Source of the DNA: Eledone cirrhosa
Taxonomy: Eukaryota
Assembly (NCBI GenBank): GCA_964016885.1
Contig: OZ024743.1
Coordinates: forward strand, 142,724,001-142,788,000
Direction: 5' to 3'
DNA length: 64,000 nt
Positions 48,201 through 61,639 of the stretch are shown piece by piece. The stretch's first letter is position 1. Every line of letters begins with the position of its first letter. The notes under the pieces were generated by a model. It was not told the DNA's origin. It searched no databases and saw only the letters and a program-made list of their open reading frames with translations. The position numbers were made by a program, and so were the translations under genes.

Positions 48201-50760
48201 ACCAAACACCAAGCATCAAGCACCAAGCCCCTAGCACCAAACACCAAACGCCAAGCACCAAGCACAAAACACCAAACAACAAGCACCAAGGACCAAACAC
48301 CTAACACCAAGCACCAAGCACCAAGCACCAAGCACCAATCACCAAACACCAAGCACCAAACACCAAGCACCAAGCACCAAGTACCAAACACCAAACACCA
48401 AACACCAAACACCAAACACCAAGCACCAAGCACCAAGCACGAAACACCAGGCACCAAGCACCAAGCACCAAACACCAAACACCAAGCACCAAGCACCAGC
48501 CACCAAGCACCAAGCACCAAACACCAAACACCAAGCACTAAGCACCAAACACCAAACAACAAGCCCCAGGCACCAAGCACCAAACACCAAACACCAAGCA
48601 CGCAGCACCAAACACCAAGCACCAAGCACCAAGCACCAAACACCAAGCACCAAGCACCAAGCACCAAACACCAAACACCAAACACCAAGCACCAAGAACC
48701 AAACACCAAACAGCAAGCACCAAGCACCAAACACCAAGCACCAAACACCAAACCCCAAGCACCAATCACAAAACACTAATCACCAAGCACCAAGCACCAA
48801 ACACCAAGCACCAAGCACCAAGCACCAAACACCAAACACCAAACACCAAGCACCAAGAACCAAACACCAAACACCAAACAGCAAGCACCAAGCACCAAGC
48901 ACCAAGCACCAAGGACCAAACACCAGGCACCAAGCACCAAGCACCAGACACCAAGCACCAAGCACCAAACACCCAGCACCAAGCACCAAGCACCAAACAC
49001 CAAGCACCAAGCACCAAACACCAAACACCAAACACCAAGCACCAAGCACCAAACAGCAAGCACCAAACACCAAACACCAAACAGCAAACACCAAACAGCA
49101 AACACCAAACACCAAACAGCAAACAGCAAACGCCAAACACCAAGCACCAAGCACCAAGCACCAGCCACCAAGCACCAAGCACCAAACACCAAACACCAAG
49201 CACTAAGCACCAAACACCAAACAACAAGCCCCAGGCACCAAGCACCAAACACCAAACACCAAGACCGAAGCACCAAACACCAAGCACCAAACTCCAAACA
49301 CAAAACACCAAGCACCAAGCAGCAAGCACCAAACAACAAACACCAAGCACCAAGCACCAAACACCAAACACCAAGCACCAAGAACCTAACATCAAACACC
49401 AATCACCAAGCACCAAACACCTAACACCAAGAACCAAGCACCAAGCACCAAGCACCAAACACCAAGCACCAAACACAAAGCACCAAGCACCAAATACCAA
49501 GCACCAAGCACCAAACACCAAGCACCAAGCACCAAACACCAAACCCCAAGCACCAAACACCAAACCCAAAGCACCAAGCACCAAACACTAATCACCAAGA
49601 ACCAAGCACCAAACATCAAGCACCAAGCACCAAGCACCAGGCACCAAGCACCAAGCACCAAACACTAATCACCAAGCACCAAACACCAAACACCAAACAC
49701 CAAGCACCAAAGACCAAGCACCAAGCACCAAGCACCAAGCACCAAACAATAAGCACCAAGCACCAAGCACCAAACACCAAACACCAACCACCCAGCACCA
49801 AGCACCAAGCACCAAACACCAAGCACCAAACACCAAACACCAAACACCAAGCACCAAGCACCAAGCACCAAACACCAAGCACCAAACAATAAGCACCAAA
49901 GACCATGCCCCAAGCACCAAGCACCAAACACCAAACACCATGCACCAAGCACCAAACACCAAGCACCAAACACCAAGCACCAAACAACAAGCACCAAGCA
50001 CCAAGCACCAGGCACCAAGCACCAAGCACCAAACACTAATCACCAAGCACCAAGCACCAAGCACCAAGCACCAAACACCAAGCACCAAGCACCAAGCGCC
50101 AAACACCAAGCACCAAGCACCAAACACCAAACACCAAGCACCAAACACCAAGCCCCAAGCACTAAGCACCAAACACCAAACACCAAGCACCAAGCACCAA
50201 ACACCAAGCACCAAACACCAAGCACCAAACACCAAACACTAAGTCCCACGCACCAAGCACCAAACACCAAACAGCAAGCACCAAGCACCAAACACCAAGC
50301 ATCAAGCACCAAGCCCCTAGCACCAAACACCAAACGCCAAGCACCAAGCACAAAACACCAAACAACAAGCACCAAGGACCAAACACCTAACACCAAGCAC
50401 CAAGCACCAAGCACCAAGCACCAATCACCAAACACCAAGCACCAAACACCAAGCACCAAGCACCAAGTACCAAACAACAAACACCAAACACCAAACACCA
50501 AACACCAAGCACCAAGCACCAAGCACGAAACACCAGGCACCAAGCACCAAGCACCAAACTCCAAACACCAAGCACCAAGCACCAGCCACCAAGCACCAAG
50601 CACCAAACACTAAACACCAAGCACTATGCACCAAACACCAAACAACAAGCCCCAGGCACCAAGCACCAAACACCAAACACCAAGCACGCAGCACCAAACA
50701 CCAAGCACCAAGCACCAAGCACCAAACACCAAGCACCAAGCACCAAGCACCAAACACCAA
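45200..50760. repeat. Truncated or recombinant derivatives of the 2.26-kb HOR (periods 1813, 2016 and 2086 bp)
   Basis: The 'tcccacg...cccctag...cgccaag...gaccaaa cacctaa' module continues, with equivalent ORF boundaries at 44472, 46285, 48301 and 50387. The caccat, cgacaag and cacaatg markers are lost. Confidence 0.75.
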
Positions 50761-53700
50761 ACACCAAACACCAAGCACCAAGAACCAAACACCAAACACC
50801 AAACAGCAAGCACCAAGCACCAAGCACCAAGCACCAAGGACCAAACACCAGGCACCAAGCACCAAGCACCAAACACCAAGCACCAAGCACCAAACACCCA
50901 GCACCAAGCACCAAGCACCAAACACCAAGCACCAAGCACCAAACACCAAACACCAAACACCAAGCACCAAGCACCAAACAGCAAGCACCAAACACCAAAC
51001 ACCAAACAGCAAACACCAAACAGCAAACACCAAACACCAAACAGCACACAGCAAACGCCAAACACCAAACACCAAGCACCAAGCACCAAACACCAAGCAC
51101 CAAGCACCAAACACCAAGCACCAAGCACCAAGCACCAAACACCAAGCACCAAGCACCAAACACCAAACCCCAAGCACCAAACACCAAACCGCAAGCACCA
51201 AGCACCAAACACTAATCACCAAGCACCAAGCACCAAACAACAAGCACCAAGCACCAAGCAGCAGGCACCAAGCACCAAGCACCAAACACAAAACACCAAG
51301 CACCAAGCAGCAAACACCAAGCATCAAACACCAAACACCAAACACCAAGCACCAAACACCAAGCACCAAGCACCAAACACCAAACACCAAGCACCAAGCA
51401 CCAAACACCAAACATCAAGCACCAAACACCAGATACCAAGCACCAAGCACCAAACGCCAAACACCAAACACCAAGCACCAAGCACCAAACACCAAACAAC
51501 AAACACCAGGCACCAAGCTCCAAATACCAAACACCAAGCACCAAGCACCAAACACCAAACACCAAGCACGCAGCATCAAACACCAAGCACCAAACACCAA
51601 GCACCAAGCACCAAGCACCAAGTACCAAACACCAAACACCAAGAACCAAACACCAGACACCAAGCACCAAGCACCAAGCACGAAACACCAGGCACCAATC
51701 ACCAAACACCAAACACCAGCCACCAAGCACCAAGCACCAAACACCAAACACCAAGCACGCAGCATCAAACACCAAACACCAAACAACAAGCACCAGGCAC
51801 CAAGCACCAAGCACCAAACTCCAAACACCAAGCACCAAGCACCAAACTCCAAGCACCAAGCACCAAACACCAAACCCCAAGCACCAAACACCAAACACCA
51901 AGCACCAAGCACCAAACACCAAGCACCAAGCAGCAAGCACCAAGCCCCAAATACCAAACCCCAAGCACCAAACACCAAACCGCAAGCACCAAGCACCAAA
52001 CACTAATCACCAAGTACCAAGAACCAAACACAAAACACCAAGCACCAAGCACCAAGCACCAAACACCAAGCACCAAGCACCAAGCACCAAACACCAAATA
52101 CCAAACACCAAGCACCAAGAACCAAACACCAAACAGCAAGCACCAAGCACCAAGCACCAAGCACCAAACACCAAGCACCAAGCACCAAACCCCAAGCACC
52201 AAACACCAAGCACCAAGCACCAAGCACCAAACACCAAACACCAAACACCAAGCACCAAGAACCAAACACCAAACACCAAACAGCAAGCACCAAGCACCAA
52301 GCACCAAGCACCAAACACCAAGCACCAAGCACCAAGCACCAAACACCAAGCACCAAGCACCAAACACCCAGCACCAAACACCAAACAGCAAGCACCAAGC
52401 ACCAAACACCAAGCCCCAAACACCAAACCCCAAGCACCAATCACCAAACACTAATCACCAAGCACCAAGCACCAAACACCAAGCACCAAGCAGCAAGCAC
52501 CAAACACCAAGCACCAAGCACCAAGCACCAAACACCAAGCACCAAGCACCAAAGACCAAAACCCGAGCACCAAAGACCAAGCACCAAGCACCAAGGACCA
52601 AACACCAAGCACCAAGCACCAAGCACCAAACACCAAGCACCAAGCACCAAACACCCAGCACCAAGCACCAAGCACCAAACACCAAGCACCAAACACCAAA
52701 CACCAAGCACCAAGCACCAAACAGCAAGCACCAAACACCAAACACCAAACAGCAAACACCAAACAGCTAACACCAACCACCAAACAGCAAACAGCAAACG
52801 CCAAACACCAAGCACCAAGCACCAAGCACCAAACACCAAGCACCAAGCACCAAGCACACAACACCAAACACCAAGCACCAAGGACCAAACATCAAACACC
52901 AAGCACCAAGCACCAAACACTAAACACCAAGCACCAAGCACCGAGAACCAAGCACCGAACACCAAGCACCAAACAACAAGCACCAAACACCAAGCACCAA
53001 ACACCAAACACCAAGCACCCGGCACCAAGCACCAAACACCAAGCACCAAACACCAAGCACCAAGCGCCAAGTCCCACGCACCAAGCACCAAACACCAAAC
53101 ACCAAGCACCAAGCACCAAACACGAAACACCAAGCACCAAGCCCCTAGCACCAAACACCAAGCAGCAAGCAGCAAGCACCAAACACCAAACACCAAGCAC
53201 CAAGCACCAAACACCAAACACCAAGCACCAAGCACAAAATACCAAACACCAAGCACAATGGACCAAACATCAAACACCAAGCACCAAGCACCAAACGCCT
53301 AACACCAAGCACCAAGCACCAAGCACCAAGCACCAAACACCAAGCACCAATCACCAAACACCAAACACCAAGCACCGAACACCAAGCACCAGGCACCAAA
53401 CACCAAGCACCAAGCACCAAACACCTAACACCAAGCACCAAACACCAACCACCAAACACCAAGCACCAAACACCAAGCACCAAACACCTAACACCAAACA
53501 CCAAGCACCAAGCACCAAACACCAAACACCAAGACCGAAGCACCAAACACCAAGCACCAAAATCCAAACACAAAACACCAAGCACCAAGCAGCAAGCACC
53601 AAACACCAAACACCAAGCACCAAGCACCAAACACCAAACACCAAGCACCAAGAACCTAACATCAAACACCAATCATCAAGCACCAAACACCTAACACCAA

Positions 53701-56700
53701 GCACCAAGCACCAAGCACCAAGCACCAAACACCAAGCACCAAACACAAAGCACCAAGCACCAAACACCAAGCACCAAGCACCAAACACCAAGCACCAAGC
53801 ACCAAACACCAAACCCCAAGCACCAAACACCAAACCCAAAGCACCAAGCACCAAACACTAATCACCAAGCACCAAGCACCAAACATCAAGCACCAAGCAC
53901 CAAGCACCAGGCACCAAGCACCAAGCACCAAACACTAATCACCAAGCACCAAACACCAAGCACCAAACACCAAGCACCAAGCACCAAGCGCCAAACACCA
54001 GGCACCAAGCACCAAACACCAAACACCAAGCACCAAAGACCAAGCACCAAGCACCAAGCACCAAGCACCAAACAATAAGCACCAAGCACCAAGCACCAAA
54101 CACCAAACACCAACCACCCAGCACCAAGCACCAAGCACCAAACACCAAGCACCAAACACCAAACACCAAACACCAAGCACCAAGCACCAAGCACCAAACA
54201 CCAAGCACCAAACACTAAGCACCAAAGACCCAGCCCCAAGCACCAAGCACCAAACACCAAACACCAAGCACCAAGCACCAAACACCAAGCACCAAACACC
54301 AAGCACCAAACACCAAACACTAAGTCCCACGCACCAAGCACCAAACACCAAACAGCAAGCACCAAGCACCAAACACCAAGCATCAAGCACCAAGCCCCTA
54401 GCAGCAAACACCAAACACCAAGCACCAAGCACAAAACACCAAGCACCAATCACCAAGCACCAAACACCAAGCAGCAAGCAGCAAGCACCAAACACCAAAC
54501 ACCAAGCACGAAGCACCAAACACCAAACAACAAGCACCAAGGACCAAACATCAAACACCAAGCACCAAGCACCAAATACCTAACACCAAGCACCAAGCAC
54601 CAAGCACCAAGCACCAAACACCAAGCACCAAACACCAAGCACCAAGCACCAAGTACCAAACACCAAACACCAAGCACCAAACACCAAACACCAAGCACCA
54701 AGCACCAAGCACGAAACACCAGGCACCAAGCACCAAGCACCAAACTGCAAACACCAAGCACCAAGCACCAGCCACCAAGCACCAAGCACCAAACACCAAA
54801 CACCAAGCACTAAGCACCAAACACCAAACAACAAGCCCCAGGCACCAAGCACCAAACACCAAACACCAAGACCGAAGCACCAAACACCAAGCACCAGACT
54901 CCAAACACAAGACACCAAGCACCAAGCAGCAAGCACCAAACACCAAGCACCAAGAACCTAACATCAAACACCAATCACCAAGCACCAAACACCTAACACC
55001 AAGAACCAAGCACCAAGCACCAAGCACCAAACACCAAGCACCAAGCACCAAACATCAAGCACCAAGCACCAAGCACCAGGCACCAAGCACCAAGCACCAA
55101 ACACTAATCACCAAGCACCAAACACCAAGCACCAAACACCAAGCACCAAGCACCAAGCGCCAAACACCAGGCACCAAGTACCAAACACCAAACACCAAGC
55201 ACCAAAGACCAAGCACCAAGCACCAAGCACCAAGCACCAAACAATAAGCACCAAGCACCAAGCACCAAACATCAAACACCAACCACCCAGCACCAAGCAC
55301 CAAGCACCAAACACCAAGCACCAAACACCAAACACCAAACACCAAGCACCAAGCACCAAGCACCAAACACCAAGCACCAAACACGAAGCACCAAAGACCA
55401 AGCCCCAAGGACCAAGCACCAAACACCAAACACCAAGCACCAAGCACCAAACACCAAGCACCAAACACCAAGCACCAAACAACAAGCACCAAGCACCAAG
55501 CACCAGGCACCAAGCACCAAGCACCAAACACTAATCACCAAGCACCAAGCACCAAGCACCAAGCACCAAACACCAAGCACCAAGCACCAAGCGCCAAACA
55601 CCAAGCACCAAGCACCAAACACCAAACACCAAGCACCAAACACCAAGCCCCAAGCACTAAGCACCAAACACCAAACACCAAGCACCAAGCACCAAACACC
55701 AAGCACCAAACACCAAACACCAAACACCAAACACTAAGTCCCACGCACCAAGCACCAAACACCAAACAGCAAGCACCTAGCACCAAACACCAAGCATCAA
55801 GCACCAAGCCCCTAGCGCCAAACACCAAACGCCAAGCACCAAGCACAAAACACCAAACAACAAGCACCAAGGACCAAACACCTAACACCAAGCACCAAGC
55901 ACCAAGCACCAAGCACCAATCACCAAACACCAAGCACCAAACACCAAGCACCAAGTACCAAACACCAAACACCAAACACCAAACACCAAACACCAAGCAC
56001 CAAGCACCAAGCACGAAACACCAGGCACCAAGCACCAAACTCCAAACACCAAGCACCAAGCACCAGCCACCAAGCACCAAGCACCAAACACCAAACACCA
56101 AGCACTAAGCACCAAACACCAAACAACAAGCCCCAGGCACCAAGCACCAAACACCAAACACCAAGCACGCAGCACCAAACACCAAGCACCAAGCACCAAG
56201 CACCAAACACCAAGCACCAAGCACCAAGCACCAAACACCAAACACCAAGCACCAAATACCAAACCCCAAGCACCAAACACCAAACCGCAAGCACCAAGCA
56301 CCAAACACTAATCACCAAGCACCAAGCACCAAACACCAAGCACCAAGCACCAAGCACCAAGCACCAAACACCAAACACCAAACACCAAGCACCAAGAACC
56401 AAACACCAAACACCAAACAGCAAGCACCAAGCACCAAGCACCAAGCACCAAGGACCAAACACCAGGCACCAAGCACCAAGCACCAAACACCAAGCACCAA
56501 GCACCAAACACCCAGCACCAAGCACCAAGCACCAAACACCAAGCACCAAGCACCAAATACCAAACCCCAAGCACCAAACACCAAACCGCAAGCACCAAGC
56601 ACCAAACACTAATCACCAAGCACCAAGCACCAAACAACAAGCACCAAGCACCAAGCAGCAGGCACCAAGCACCAAGCACCAAACACAAAACACCAAGCAC

Positions 56701-59700
56701 CAAGCACCAAGCAGCAAACACCAAGCATCAAACACCAAACACCAAACACCAAGCACCAAACACCAAGCACCAAGCACCAAACACCAAACACCAAGCACCA
56801 AGCACCAAGCACCAAACACCAAACATCAAGCACCAAAAACCAGATACCAAGCACCAAGCACCAAACGCCAAACACCAAACACCAAGCACCAAGCACAAAA
56901 CACCAAACAACAAGCACCAGGCACCAAGCTCCAAATACCAAACACCAAGCACCAAGCACCAAACACCAAACACCAAGCACGCAGCATCAAACACCAAGCA
57001 CCAAACACCAAGCACCAAGCACCAAGCACCAAGTACCAAACACCAAACACCAAGCACCAAACACCAGACACCAAGCACCAAGCACCAAGCACCAAACACC
57101 AAACCCCAAGCACCAAACACCAAACCGCAAGCACCAAGCACCAAACACTAATCACCAAGTACCAAGCACCAAACACAAAACACCAAGCACCAAGCACCAA
57201 GCAGCAAACACCAAGCATCAAACACCAAACTCCAAACACCAAGCACCAAACACCAGCCACCAAGCACCAAGCACCAAACACCAAACACCAACCACTAAGC
57301 ACCAAACACCAAACAACAAGCACCAGGCACCAAGCACCAAACTCCAAACACCAAGCACCAAGCACCAAACTCCAAGCACCAAGCACCAAACACCAAACCC
57401 CAAGCACCAAACACCAAACACCAAGCACCAAGCACCAAACACCAAGCACCAAGCAGCAAGCACCAAGCACCAAACACCAAACCCCAAGCACCAAACACCA
57501 AACCGCAAGCACCAAGCACCAAACACTAATCACCAAGTACCAAGCACCAAACACAAAACACCAAGCACCAAGCACCAAACAGCAAACACCAAGCATCAAA
57601 CACCAAACACCAAACACCAAGCACCAAACACCAAGCACCAAGCACCAAACACCAAACACCAAGCACCAAGGACCAAGCACCAAACACCAAACATCAAGCA
57701 CCAAACACCAGATACCAAGCACCAAGCACCAAGCACCAAACACCAAACACCAAGCACCAAGCACCAAACACCAAACAACAAGCACCAGGCACCAAGCTCC
57801 AAACACCAAACACCAAGCACGCAGCATCAAACACCAAGCACCAAACACCAAGCACCAAGCACCAAGCACCAAGTACCAAACACCAAACACCAAGCACCAA
57901 ACACCAAACACCAAGCACCAAGCCCCAAGCACGAAACACCAAGCACCAAGCACCAGCCACCAAGCACCAAGCACCAAACACCAAACACCAAGCACTAAGC
58001 ACCAAACACCAAACAACAAGCACCAGGCACCAAGCACCAAACACCAAACACCAAGCACGCAGCACCAAACACCAAGCACCAAGCACCAAACACCAAACAT
58101 CAAACACCAAGCACCAAAACCAAACACCAAACACCAAACAGCAAGCACCAAGCACCAAACACCAAACACCAAACCCCAAGCACCAATCAGCAAACACGAA
58201 TCACCAAGCACCAAGCACCAAAGAGCAAGCACCAAACAGCAAGCACCAAACACCAAAACCCAAGCACCAAGCACCAAGGACCAAACACCAAGCAACAAGC
58301 ACCAAGCACCAAACACCAAGCACCAAGCACCAAACACCCAGCACCAAGCACCAAGCACCAAACACCAAGCACCAAGCACCAAACACCAAACACCAAACGC
58401 CAAGCACCAAGCACCAAACATAAAGCACCAAACAGCAAACACCAAACAGCAAACAGCAAACAGCAAACACCAAAAAGCAAACAGCAAACAGCAAATGCCA
58501 AACACCAAACACCAAGCACCAAGCACCAAACTCCAAGCACCAAGCACCAAACACCAAGCACCAAGCACAAAGCACCAAACACCAAGCACCAAGCAGCAAA
58601 CACCAAACCCCAAGCACCAAACCGCAAGCACCAAGCACCAAACACTAATTACCAAGCACCAAGCACCAAACAACAAGCACCAAGCACCAAGCACCAGGTA
58701 CCAAGCACCAAACACCAAACACAAAACACCAAGCACCAAGCACCAAGCAGCAAACACCTAGCATCAAACACCAAACACCAAACACCAAGCACCAAACACC
58801 AAGCACCAAGCACCAAACACCAAACACCAAGCACCAAGCAGCAAGCACCAAACACCAAACATCAAGCACCAAACACCAGATACCAAGCACCAAGCACCAA
58901 GCACCAAAAACCAATCACCAAGCACCAAGCACCAAACACCAAACAACAAGCACCAGGCACCAAGCTCCAAACACCAAACACCAAGCACCAAGCACCAAAC
59001 ACCAAACACCAAGCACGCAGCATCAAACACCAAGCACCAAACACCAAGCACCAAGCACCAAGCACCAAGCACCAAACACCAAGCACCAAACACGAAACAC
59101 CAAGCACCAAGCACCAAGCACGAAACACCAGGCACCAAGCACCAAGCAGCAAACTCCAAACACCAAGCATCAAACACCAGCCACCAAGCACCAAGCACCA
59201 AACACCAAACACCAAGCATTAAGCACCAAACACCAAACAACAAGCACCAGGCACCAAGCACCAAACACCAAACACCAAGCACGCAGCACCAAGCACCAAG
59301 CACCAAGCACCAAACACCAAGGACCAAGCACCAAGCACCAAACACCAAACACCAAACACCGAGCACCAAGAACCAAACACCAAACATCAAGCACCAAGCA
59401 CCAAACACCAAGCACCAAACACCAAACACCAAGCACCAAGGACCCAACATCAAACACCAAGCACCAAGCACCAAACACCAAACACCAAGCCCCAAGCACC
59501 AGGCACCAAGCACCGAACACCAAGCCCCAAACACCAAGCACCAAACACCAAGCACCAAACACCAAACACTAAGTCCCACGCACCAAGCACCAAACACCAA
59601 ACAGCAAGCACCAAGCACCGAACACCAAGCACCAATCACCAAACACCAAGCTCCAAGCACCAAACACCAAGCACCAGGCACCAAGCACCAAACACCAAGC

Positions 59701-60189
59701 ACCAAACACCAAACACCAAGCACCAAGCACCAAGCACGAAACACCAGGCACCAAGCACCAAGCACCAAACTCCAGACACCAAACACCAAGCATGCAGCAC
59801 CAAACACCAAGCACCAAGCACCAAGCACCAAGCACCAAACACCAAACACCAAACACCAAGCACCAAGCGCAAAACACCAAGCACCAATCACCAAGCACCA
59901 AAACCCATGCAGCAAGCAGCAAGCACCAAACACCAAGCACCAAGCACCAAACACCAAACACCAAACACCAAGCACCAAACACCAAACACCAAGCACCAAG
60001 GAGCAAACATCAAACACCAAGCACCAAGCACCAAACACCTAACACCAAGCACCAGGCACCAAGCACCAAGCACCAAACACCAAGCACCAATCACCAAACA
60101 CCAAGCACCAAGCACCAAACACCAAGCACCAGGCACCAAGCACCAAACACCAAGCACCAAGCACCAAACACCAAGCACCAAGCCCGAAG

Positions 60190-60730
60190 CACCAAACACC
60201 AAGCACCAAGCACCAAACACCAAACAACAAGCACCAGGCACCAAACAACAAGCACCAGGCACCAAGCTCCAATCACCAAACACCAAGCACCAAGCACCAA
60301 ACACCAAACACCAAGCACGCAGCATCAAACACCAAGCACCAAGCACCAAGCACCAAACACCAAGCACCAAGCACCAAGCACCAAATACCAAACACCAAGC
60401 ACCAAGGACCAAACATCAAACACCAAGCACCAAGCACCAAACACCTAACACCAAGCACCAAGCACCAAGCACCAAGCACCAAACACCAAGCACCAAGCAC
60501 CAAACACCAAGCACCAAGCACCAAGCACCAAACACCAAGCACCAAGCACCAAACACCAAACAACAAGCACCAGGCACCAAACAACAAGCACCAGGCACCA
60601 AGCTCCAATCACCAAACACCAAGCACCAAGCACCAAACACCAAACACCAAGCACGCAGCATCAAACACCAAGCACCAAGCACCAAGCACCAAACACCAAG
60701 CACCAAGCACCAAGCACCAAATACCAAACA
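60190..60730. repeat. Local duplication, 336 bp (48 monomers)
   Basis: 'caacaag caccagg caccaaa caacaag caccagg caccaag ctccaat' occurs at 60225 and 60561. ORF ends match at 60272/60608 and 60318/60654. Confidence 0.8.
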
Positions 60731-61639
60731 CCAAACACCAAGCACCAAGCACGAAACACCAGGCACCAAGCACCAAGGACCAAAATCCAAACACCAAGCA
60801 CCGAACACCAGCCACCAAGCACCAAGCACCAAACACCAAACAGCAAACACCAAACAGCAAACACCAAACACCAAACAGCAAACAGCAAACGCCAAACACA
60901 AAGCACCAAGCACCAAGCACCAAACACCAAGCACCAAGCACCAAGCACCAAACACCAAACAGCAAACACGAAACACAAAACAGCAAACACCATACAGCAA
61001 ACACCAAACACCAAAAAGCAGACACCAAACCGCATACACCAAACAGCAAACACAAAACACCAAACCCCAAGCACCAAGCACCAAACACTAATCACCAAGC
61101 ACCAAGCACCAAGCACCAAACACCAAGCGTTAAGCACCTAGCACCAAACACCAAGCACCAAGCACCAAGCACAAACACCAAACACCAAACACGAAACACC
61201 AAGCACCAAAGACCAAGCACCAAGCACCAAGCACCAAGCACCAAACAATTAGCACCAAGCACCAAGCACCAAACACCAAGCACCAAGCACCAAACATCAA
61301 CCACCCAGCACCAAGCACCAAGCACCAAACACCAAGCACCAAACACCAAACAACAAACACCAAGCAGCAAGCACCAAACACCAAGCAGCAAGCACCAAAC
61401 ACCAAGCCCCAAGCACCAAGCACCAAACACCAAACACCAAGCACCAAGCACCAAACACCAAGCACCAAGCACCTAGCACCAAACACCAAACACCAAGCAC
61501 CAACCACCAAGCACCAAACACCAAGCACCAATCACCAAGCACCAAACACCAAGCAGCAAGCAGCAAGCACCAAACATGAAACACCAAGCACCAAGCACCA
61601 AGCACCAAACACCAAACACCAAGCACCAAGGACCAAACA

